A stretch of DNA of 64,000 nucleotides from Antedon mediterranea (lineage: Eukaryota > Animalia > Echinodermata). Under the pieces are notes generated by a model, which was not told the origin of the DNA, did no database searches, and worked only from the letters and a program-made list of their open reading frames with translations. The position numbers and the translations under genes are program-made. Of the stretch, positions 24,001 through 36,000 are shown piece after piece (the first letter of the stretch is position 1; the number at the start of each line of letters is the position of its first letter). The stretch is from contig NC_092671.1 in assembly GCF_964355755.1 (NCBI RefSeq), positions 23,944,070-24,008,069 of the forward strand, written 5' to 3'.

Positions 24001-27000
24001 CGAGTTATGGAGATATGATTGATAATGTGATTTCACAAAATGGCGTATAAATTACTTCACAGATGAGTGATCACGCTGAAAAGCTTATTAGGATTAAGTT
24101 AAAGTATTTGAAAGACATTGTGAAATTTTTGTGATCATTGCCATTCAACTTTTTGAGATAAAAACACAAAAAGTGTACATAAACAATAATAACAACTAGA
24201 TTTAATTCGTCACTATGACGAATTATAGGTTATATGCATTGATTTAAATAAAGATAATTGATTGATTTAAGATATTTTGATTGATTGATTTTCTCAGAAT
24301 CTTTAGTTATTTATAATATATGATAGGATCTTGCTAACGCAAATACAATAGCCGGTATCATAATCCGATCAAAGATCCTTCTGCGTATATAATGTCATAA
24401 ACCACATTTGTGTTTTTAAATAAATTTCATTATAAATCATCTGTATAATCTATACACTAAGAAATACAATCGAACAAACAATACGGGTAATAAAAAAAAT
24501 CTTATTTCGTTTCGTTTCCCAAGGTGTGACTCGAATTCGGTACCTTGAATGCTATAGACACGAGCAAAGACCACCGAGCCATACACAACTGACTAAAAAT
24601 TATGGAAATATTCCTCCGTTTACAATGCAGTAACCACTTTGGTGCAGATAGATTATTACATACCGCAATGAATTATAATGTTTTACTATGATGACATCTT
24701 TAAAGATTTTTAAAAATGATGCACTGTCAAACTATATACTTTTAACTTTAATATATGAACTTCTTAAGGAAGAAAGTTAATGTTAAGTTTGTTATTTCGG
24801 CCTAAGAAAATGTTATAATTTGTTTGATTGTCGAAATTAATTTTTGTAAATTTAATATGCCATTAATGATGACTTAATCAACTATTGTTCTCTTAATTTC
24901 ATAATAAATCATACATATGATACATACACTTCAAGAAAATGAAATAAAAAATCGGTGTTCCCAAGCATTCTAATGATATTATATTAATTTTAAAATTTAG
25001 CATATTTTCACCATTTTGTTAACTTACATGTGCGTAGCCTGTCACTTTTGACGTGCTCGTATAACACTTTCGCGTTGAAAAGTTAATACAATATTATGAT
25101 ATTGTTAAAGAAAGGTTATACAACAGTAATCGGACAAAAACAGTGCGCCACAACGTTTGACGCGCAGTGCGCGTGCAAAAATCTGCGCACTTATGGCAAT
25201 TTTTTAAACGCTTAAAATTGCCTGAAACGTACTCTAATTTCATCGAAAATAAATTCTGAAAATTTTGAACATTTTAAGGACGCGTACGCATGCGTTATAT
25301 GCGCTAACAGAATCAAGAGGTTATATGAATGAATGCATATAACCTAATAAAGATTTCATACAATAACAATAGGTGATCATTTTATTCTAAATGATTACCT
25401 AATAAATGTTATTGTGAGATCTTGTGAGATTTCCAGACTGTGTATTAATCAGTAGGAAAGAATTTGTTTCTTGCTGTATCTTTACATACACATTTTTTAG
25501 ACTATTTATTCCATAATACATGCAGTCCTGGAATAACATTAAATTCAAAACAGAAAGAAACTTACAATCTATTCTAAATCATAATTTGATTTTTTTACAT
25601 CTTTTGCAATTTTGATCTGTAATGAACTTACTGAGGATCTACATTCCAGCTATTTCCCCATTCATTTTCATCAGAAGTTACTGTACCATCTGGTAGTGTA
25701 AGATCATTATGACGATTATCATCATAATTACCACAGAGTCCTTCTACATTGCTTTGGTGACGTTCTTCAACACCGGCTTCTACTCTATGGTTACCATCCC
25801 AAGTTAACCAGAAACCTGTATCACTGGTAATCAGAATGTTGCGGCCAATATACTCAATATACAAACCATGTACTGATATGACTGGCAGAACAACAGATTC
25901 ACCATTTACCTAAAAATTAAAAACAAATTATTAAAGCTAAATCTATGCATTAAGAAACAGTGGAGCACATTTTTTCTCTTGTGTGATCTTAATTTCTAAA
26001 ATAATACAAATATAACATAATGTTTCCATACTCTTCTATACAAAATCATTTTACATAACAAAATATTAGTAACATACTTGCATAGTAAGAAATAAAAAGA
26101 AACATACCCTGGTATCAAATCTACGGTTTAGTGTTATGACCACATCGGACACATTAACGAGCACATACTCTGCAAGTGTAACTGTTGCCCTGCGTCTGTA
26201 TTGATTTTTGATAGAAACAGTGAATAGAGGAGGCGAATTTAGAGTGTCACGTAAGAACACATAAGTACAATTTCCTTGAAAGTTCTTTTTCTTGCCATCG
26301 AATGTTATATAATGTGGATCTCCCCACCCAATACATTTAGCTGATCCTAAAAAGCAAAAAAAAAAGCACCAACAAAATACATTATTTTTCAAAAGTACTT
26401 TTTTTTGTTACATACTAAAGAATATTAATAATTGTTTGTAAGATTAAAAGTTCATTTATAATATAATATTTTGATCTGATATATAATCAGATGACATCAT
26501 GATTAGTAAGAGCTATAATATTGTGATTGTATTGTTCTTTTTTTTATTTTATTTTATTTATTCGACTTCTCACTAACTCAGTTAGTGAAGGATCTGGACC
26601 AACAGGTGGTAAACACCTCTAAAACGGTCCAGTCTCAATTTGCACAGTGGCTGTGTGTGACAGTGGCTGTGTTTGTGTGGACTAGTACACCGGGGTAACA
26701 CCCTACTCGTCTCGAAAGATGTACTAGGTTCTTTAAAGTGCGCATGAGCTATGTGTACACTGGACCTACGGTTTATAGTCCTTATCCGAGAAGACTCGTT
26801 CTACCACCAGAACCATGGAGCGAGTGAGCCTCGAACCCTTGCCGATGTTATGGCTACGTAATTACATCATGATCATGATATCATTTGATTGGATTTTTAA
26901 AAATATTATTTTCATCAAAGACAGCATAAAATGTTATCCTATAGTTCTAGGGTGAACATTTCTTTTGAAAGAAAAATGTATGTTTATCTATCTACCTGTG

Positions 27001-30000
27001 GTTCTTTATCGTCCATAGTATAAATAGGCCTTAAGTGGTTATTCATGGGTTAGCATGATATAGGCTCCATACTGTCACTTCTGATATTTTTATACAGTTT
27101 AATTGCATGCTTGATAAAGAAATATGATTTTAAATGTAACACAAGATAATTTTTATTTTTAAAATAAAATAGTGGAGCAAACCTTGTCTAGATGTAGTAC
27201 GTCCATGCCTTTCTTCATGAGTTTCTGATATACAAAAGAAAATTTTAGAATATTTTAATTCATGCTGTAACAGTTGTTTCCACTTAATTGCCGAGTTAAG
27301 AAGTTGATAAAGACATCTAAACGTTTAATATTTTTTACAATTGTTTGAAATCAATAAATAGTACTAAATGCTTACTTGTAGCATTATTTATAACTAAATG
27401 ATTGATTGATTTTATTTCAAATATATAGATGTGTATCTGACTTTGGTGTCAACAGGCATTGCTGTATAAGTCTGTTTTTGTTAAGGTTGGCCCATGCTTT
27501 CAAAGTTTTCAATTTTATTTTTGTAATGATTGCACATTCATGTGTTTTATAAAAAGAACAAAATAAATAATGAAAAGATATTATTAACACTAGAGAAATA
27601 TACAAGGTTTATACATTTTGTTATATTATATTACATAAAACATGTCAATTTAAACTCTACTCTACAGGGTAAAGAAATAAAACAATTAAATAAAATTAAA
27701 TTATATAAAACTGTATAATAAACAAATGATTTACCTGTGACTGAAGGAGGTGGTGTTACTGCGAGTTCTAAAAAAGAATATTCATCGATTTGTTATTGAC
27801 TTTTATTTTTTGGCCTATTAATACCAACAAAACGGAACAAAAACATTTATTATATGTGGCATCTCAAACAGAATCAGTCAAAAGTTGCATTTGTAGATTT
27901 ATAGATACAGCCAAAAACAATATAGTGGCTGAAAAACTGATATTTATTTTTTACGGAAAATGATAGTTGAAACAATTTTTATATACATTAACATGTTTTT
28001 TTTTCCTATTTTGAGACAACTAAATGCATGAATTTTAACATTTTGTCGTCTATTGGTTAAAAGATGGTGTATGATTTTTATAAAGCCTATGTTTTTTATG
28101 CTTAAATTGTTCTAATAGAACAATTAAAATACCCCATTGCAATGCATTAATGTATATTATTTGCAAAAATCTCAATTTCAAAATGTCATACTTATGTCTG
28201 AATTCCGTATGAAGATGCCACATATGAAGCTCAATTAATACTGTACAATCAATATCTAGACATGATTTATATATAGATTCTTCAAAACTTGTGTGATCAA
28301 CTAAACTGGAAATGTAACCTATTTTATAGAAGTCTATACAAAATAGAAGCATAGTCGAACCTCTACACTAAAGTAAACAATTTTAATGAATGTGTATACA
28401 TTTCACAACACATACCTGGGCATCCAAGAAGTTCCATGCGCATACTGCAATGTCCATTCCATCTTAGAGGATGAATCCGAATGTATCGGGCCAACACAGC
28501 ATCAGGAAAGAGACTTGTTACTTGAGTATCTTTATCAGAATTGCCACCAAATTCCTATAAAAAGAAAACAAATTGGTAATGCTTGTATTTACTATGGAGA
28601 GTGATGATATGTGCACCATCTGGGCTGATATGTGACTACTGTGTCATTTACATAATTAACTACAAATTTAACAATAAAACAAAAAATACAAATGTAACAA
28701 AAAAACTTACCAATGGATTTCCATCACTTCCAGGTATTGATTGCCAATTGACTGCATCCATACCATACATTACTTCATAAGCAGTAACCCATTGGTCATA
28801 GTTACCATTTCTTCCTTGGGTAATAACACCCGTTACCATTTTAACTTCACCTATATCAACTTGAAGCCATGGGTCGTTGTCATTTGATGCTGCAGCCCAA
28901 GATCCAATATCACCACCTCTAGGTGTCAGGTTGAGCCTAGCAAGACGTGCTGCATGTCTAGAGTTGTATTCACTAGATGCCGTGACAGACGCATCTGGGA
29001 TAACTCTACTTTCCATGCCAACAGCATTTCTACAATTTTCTGTTATAAAGTGTACACAATCTTTGTCATTTACCGACATGATGTTACATGGTATACAAAT
29101 AATGAATGTTTATGAGTGTACTGTAATAGTACAAATAATGGCATGAGGTGAATGAAAGGTTATATTTCAGCGAGGCAAAGCCGATTTGAAATATAACCTT
29201 ACATGAATATAAAACATTCATTATTTGTTTTATATAACATCTAAATAGATTCATTTGAATCAGATTGAATCAAATTTGGTTCACATCTTAATATTTGATT
29301 TTTAATAATACATTAAAAATTATATTTATTTGGATTTTATAAACACACCTACTGTAGTGCTAATTATGTCAACAAACAATCAAAAAATCCTAGGCTTAGC
29401 AAGGCTAAAGCATCTAGCCTGATACAAACGGGCCTATATGCATAGCTGGCAAGGCTAGAAAGGCAGTGATACCATTACGAAACTTCGACAGGCAACTGGA
29501 ACTCATTTAGGCCTAGGCTAATTCTATTTTTTTGCCACGATTCCACGTCTTGTAGAGATGTTCCCATTAATTAATAAAAATCATACAATGATTTAAAGCT
29601 ATTTTAAATGCCCTTTTTGGTCTAAATTAGTACTTCAAAATGTACTTCCATTGCAAAACTGGTCATAACATTCAATACGGCGGAAGTACAAAATAGGTGG
29701 CGCTGTTTCATTTCAAAAGCAATAGTATGGTGCGTACTATTGCACACTATGTGACTCACAATCATTCAATCAAATGACAGGAATTTATATAGGTGTTAAA
29801 ATAATACTCTTTTAATAAAATATAGTATAAAAACATGAAAATACAATTGTGACCTACTATAATCAATTCTGAATATATTATTATAATTCTTTTAATTGTT
29901 GTTTATCCAAATGCAATATACAAATAATTTTATAAAAATGATCTTAACAAAATGGAGAATAGTTTTTCACCTGATCACTGATATAAATAGATAATTTTAT

Positions 30001-33000
30001 TCCAACAATTTTAAAGCAGAAAGCTTACCATGAGTTTCTGCAACAAGGGCTGTAACAAAGAAAAGACATATAGATTTAATTAAAAAGTTAAATAGCATGT
30101 GTTTCTGCAACAGAGATTGTTTTAAATAAAAACACAAAACAATGCCATATAATTTATTGAATTTTGATCATATATATATATAGATTTTACAAATTAAGCT
30201 ATCTCCTTAATATAGTCTACAGTACCCTCATAATGTAACAACAAATTATTTAATCTTAAAGTGTATACCAATACATAGTAAAACAAAAATTAGCAGCACA
30301 TTTTCAGTTAGGCTATAAAAGTAATGTATTTTTTCTTTTTATTGAGATTTGATTATTTTATTATTAGTGTACCGGCAAAACTGTAATGACTTATATCATG
30401 ATTTTCTTTCATAATTTAACTTAAAACGATTGTATAGCAAGTGTTCTCTAATAAAGCTAAAACAAATATTACCTGCACATCCCAGAACTTCAAATCTCAT
30501 ACTGATGTGTGAACGCCATTGAAGAGGACGAATACGAACATATTGTGTTGTAAGTGGTTCAAAAAACAATGTAGTAACATGTGTATTTCTGTCACTATTA
30601 CCAACAAATGACTGTAAACAAAAAAAGTTGTTTCGGTTACTGCAAATGTAAAAAATGACAGCTATTATTGGACAGAAGCAGAATATTAGAAACAAAACCT
30701 TGACATTCCAGTAACAGAATAATTTAGTCAAATGAACAATGTGATGCATGATGTCCAAATGAATTGGATTTCTAATATCAAGAATGACTATAGCAGAATT
30801 CAATTAACTGTCCAAATACCAAAGATAACTTAGGCTTGGTTCTAATTTTGTGGTTTTCCAAATGTAATTTAAATAGTAATACCAAAGTTTATCTAGGCAA
30901 GCTATAAAAAAAAGTCTAAACAAAGTTCAAATTATTTGTATAAAATTAAAACATTTATGAGTAGAAAGAAAACCAACAATTTACCTGGCCATTCCTTCAA
31001 AGAGATGACTTGAATATATTAATAAAATATTGAGCACACAGTAAAAATTATAGTAATACAGATAGCGTACATATCAATTAAATGTGCTCAAATTTACCTT
31101 TGGTTGGCCATCCCTTCCAAGAATGACTTCCCAGTTGATTCCATCCATACTGTACAAGACTTGGTAAGAACTAACCCATTGTTCATAATCATTTCTTCCT
31201 TGAGTAATTAAACCAGTTACTTCCTTAACTTCTCCAAGGTTCACTTGAATCCATTGATCTTGATTGTTTGATCTTGCAGCCCACGATCCGATACCATCAC
31301 TATCAGGAGTCATATCGAGACGAGCACGTCGTGCCCCATGTGCATTGTTGTATTCACTTGATGCTTCGATTTGACTGGATGGAATACCAAGTGATTGCAT
31401 TCCCATTGGATCCCTACATCTCTCTGTAATTGTAAACAGTCAATAATCACTAACCTGACATAACAAATTGTTAATATGAAATTTAAAAATTGTTATTCCT
31501 GGTACAATTTAGATATGCATATACTAGGAGGGTGGCATACTGTCTTATTCTTTACAATGTACATTATTCATGTACTGGTATCAATGCCATAATAGAAACA
31601 GAAATAGAAACTGTTTAAACTAAATTATAATGTGTTTATATTCTCAACAAATAAATATTACACAATTTGTCATTCAATATTCTACTCACCATCAGCAATC
31701 TCAGCTGAAATTAAAACAAATATAATGGTATTACTATTCTGTTGAGTCAATTTTACAGTATTTATTAGGTAACGGTACAGAATTTAGTTTTTCACGAGCA
31801 TTCAACCAGATAATAAACTATTTTCACTATTTTTAAGCTAAGAGTGGAATTTCTTTTTACTAAAATGTCATTGTAAAAATACCTGGACAACCAAGAACTT
31901 CAAATCTTAAACTGATGTGATTATTCCAAGCTGTTGGGTTGATACGAATGTAACGGGCATGGACAGGTGCTGGAAACAGATTGGTAACTTCTGAGTCAGG
32001 ATTGGTGTTTCCAACAAATTCCTGTAAATTGACAAACATTACAGAAAATATTTATACATTATTGTATAATTTAAATGAACATAAATAAAACCTTTGACAT
32101 CTATTTTTGGATTATTCTTACTTTGAAGATAGACATAATGACGTAAATGTTACATATGTCTAGTTTGTGACCTGTTTTATCATAGTGTTTTAATATGGTC
32201 TACGTTTTTATGGCTGTATTTGTAAAGAATGTAAATATTAGATATAAGAAACAATTTAAAATTAACAGGAAACAATAATTTAGTAAGGATATATTTCTTG
32301 TTAAGAGATCAGATTCTAAAATTAGATTGATATATAAATCGAAAAGACAATAATACTGGGAAAAAGGCAATGCTATAGTGCTATCAGTGGCAAGGTCTTT
32401 AATATAAAAAAAGGAAAACTTACAACAGCAGCATCATTGGCTCCAATGATTGATTCAAAGTTGTTACCATCAATACTGTATAAAACTTCAAAAGTTGTAA
32501 CCCATTGGTCATAGCCCCCATTACGTCCTTGTGTAATTACTCCAGTCACTTCTTTTATACCACCAATATCAGCTTGGATCCATTGGTCTTGATTATTTGA
32601 TTGAGCGGCCCAAGCACCAATATTACCATTCCTTGGAGTTGTATTAAGTCTACCATATTCAGGCCCATGTTGTGCATTATATTCAGTCGATGCTGTAAGT
32701 GCAATTGTTCCTTCTTCTACTCCCAAAGGATCTGTACAGAACTCTGTTTCAGCTCCTAATCATTAGAATAGAATGGTCAGCCAATTTATAACATAAACAT
32801 AAAACAGTTTATTCAAATAATTCATTTCTATTCAGACATTTGCACAATTTAATTATTTACCTGGACAGCCGGTGACATCAAACCTCATACTAATATGTTG
32901 GTGCCAAGTCATTGGATGGATTCTAATAAATCGTGCCTGTATTTCAACTGGAAATAGATTGGTAACCTGTGTATCTTTATCTGTATTGCCAACAAATACC

Positions 33001-36000
33001 TGTAAATAAACAAGCAATGGATATGTAAACAATATCACAAGAGTATTGAAATGTAAAGAATCAAATACTAATTAATATTATTAGATGTTACCATAATTTC
33101 CAAGTTGCTCTGAATAATTCTGAATAATGTATACAGAAAGAATATACCAATAAATTCATAGCTTCTTGTTACAAATTATTTGTATTACATAAACTTACCA
33201 TTGATGTGCCAAAAGTTGTCATAACTGTTTCCCAGTTAGAACCATCCATGCCATACAGTACTTCATATGACTTAACCCATTGATCATAATTTCCATTACG
33301 CCCTTGGGTTACTACACCAGTCACTACTTTCACGTTATTAAGATCAACTTGAATCCACTGATTACGATCATTGGTTCTGGCTGCCCATGCACCAATGCCA
33401 TCGTTATCAGGTTCAATATTCAATCTACCACGACGAGCACCGTGTTGGGCATTGTATTCACTTGAAGCACGGATGTTTCCTGATGGGATTTCTGATGATT
33501 CAATGCCGAGGCTTGCACCAGAGCAAGATTCTTCTGTACAAAAATTAAATTAGATTATTATTTTTTAGGTCCATTAACAATATACTATACTGTTTCTCCT
33601 GTCATTTTGTGCATTTAAATAAAACAAATTCTTTTTTGAACATTTAAATTTACCTTCAGTAGGTTCTTGCGGTTCTTGATCTTCATCTAAAAATATAAAC
33701 AAGTTCATTACAAAGACGAAATGACATTTCAATCTAGTATGGGTAGTAACAATTTATTTATGTGAATAACCATTTCTTTACTTTAAGTGTAAAAACAAAC
33801 TCTGCCGATTGCTTCATACCTTGCTGGATAACTAAATTGTAAGAAATATTATATTAGTAATATAGATTGTATAGAAGCATACACTTCAAATGTGAGTTAC
33901 CTGGGCATCCAAGAAGTTCCATGCGCATACTGCAATGTCCATTCCATCTGAGAGGATGAATCCGAATGTATCGGGCCAACACAGCATCAGGAAAGAGACT
34001 TGTTACTTGAGTATCTTTATCAGAATTGCCACCAAATTCCTATAAAAAGAAAACAAATTGGTAATGCTTGTATTTACTATGGATAGTGATGATATGTGCA
34101 CCATCTGAGCTGATATGTGACTACTGTGTCATTTACATAATTAACTACAAATTTAACAATAAAACAAAAAATACAAATGTAACAAAAAAACTTACCAATG
34201 GATTTCCATCACTTCCAGGTATTGATTGCCAATTGACTGCATCCATACCATACATTACTTCATAAGCAGTAACCCATTGGTCATAGTTACCATTTCTTCC
34301 TTGGGTAATAACACCCGTTACCATTTTAACTTCACCTATATCAACTTGAAGCCATGGGTCGTTGTCATTAGATGCTGCAGCCCAAGATCCAATATCACCA
34401 CCTCTAGGTGTCAGGTTGAGCCTAGCAAGACGTGCTGCATGTCTAGAGTTGTATTCACTAGATGCCGTGACAGACGAATCTGGGATAATCATTAACTCCA
34501 TGCCGACAGCATTTCTGCAGTTCACTATTGAACAAAATGCAAATCTTTTTTTACTGTTCAAATTTAATGATACAGTATATTTTTTAATCTATTTAAGTAC
34601 AATTAAATATAAGGCATACATACCCTCAAGAATATACAATTATAAATGTTTAGTTACAGCTTGCATAAAGAATAAAAGTGCTAATGTTTTTTTTTTTTTT
34701 AACTGTTCACAAACCATTCATTGTATCTACAGCTAAACTAATTATTGTTAAATGATTTAGTCCCTAAAAACTTACCATGAGTTTCTTCAACAGGAGCTGT
34801 AATAAAGAAAACATGTTTATATTATTTAATATTTGAAATTTGTAAATCATGTGGGGTTTGTATACTGCAGGATAAAATGATTAGAGTATGTTGATAATAT
34901 AGTTGGGCATAAATGCATGTTATATCTAGATGAAGTAGGCATGAAACATGGTCACAAGGGTTTATATCATGACACATCATTTAATACAGTTTAACTTTAC
35001 AATCAATCTAACTGTACTATTATTATTTATTGAAAGTGTTCACAGTAAAAGCAAAAACAAACATTACCTGTACATCCTAGAACTTCAAATCTCATACTGA
35101 TGTGTGAACGCCATTGAAGAGGACAAATACGAACATATTGTGTTGTAAGTGGTTCAAAAAACAATGTAGTAACATGTGTATTTCTGTCACTATTACCAAC
35201 AAATGACTGTAATTAAACATAGTTTTAACCATTAAAAACAATAACATTTGGTTTTACTTGTGATGTTAAAATTAAATGTAAATTTAACATCATCATATTT
35301 CATCTTCAGTTTTTTATTAGTCAATATTAATTTTTGTTATAATTAATAATAAAAAATACGAAAATAAAAATTCCAGTCAAAATATTACAAAATACTATTC
35401 CTAAAAGTGATTGAAATCACACACATAAATATATGTTAACAAAACAACAAAGAGTTAACAATAAAATATTAACCACACAGTACAAATTATAGTAATACAA
35501 ATAGCGTACATATCAATTAATGTGCTCAAATTTACCTTTGGTTGGCCATCCCTTCCAAGAATGACTTCCCAGTTGATTCCATCCATACTGTACAAGACTT
35601 GGTAAGAACTAACCCATTGTTCATAATCATTTCTTCCTTGAGTAATTAAACCAGTTACTTCCTTAACTTCTCCAAGGTTTACTTGAATCCATTGATCTTG
35701 ATTGTTTGATCTTGCAGCCCACGATCCGATACCATCACTATCAGGAGTCATATCAAGACGAGCACGTCGTGCCCCATGTGCATTGTTGTATTCACTTGAT
35801 GCTTCGATTTGACTGGATGGAATACCAAGTGATTGCATTCCCATTGGCTCCCTACACCTCTCTGTATTTGTAAACAGAATTATTAATGATTTAACCTAAT
35901 TTTCCAAAAATATCTTAATAATTTTAGTGAATATATCAGCTTATAAATTCAATACCAAAGTAAAGGAATACTATACAAATTCAGTCACAAAATGGTAAAC

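Larger units (their letters stand above)
28416..33533 (-). repeat. Discoidin tandem unit 4 (most diverged introns)
   Basis: Exons D 33199..33533 + 32861..32999; E 32424..32755 + 31883..32021; micro 31690..31704; F 31098..31423 + 30473..30611; micro 30029..30049; G 28711..29039 + 28416..28554. Confidence 0.9.

Noticed and set aside
24513-24586. tRNA gene on the minus strand (A-box TGGCTCGGTGG, B-box-like TTCGAGTC)
   Set aside because: No convincing cloverleaf. More likely a decayed SINE head or Pol III-like segment inside the HINE cluster.
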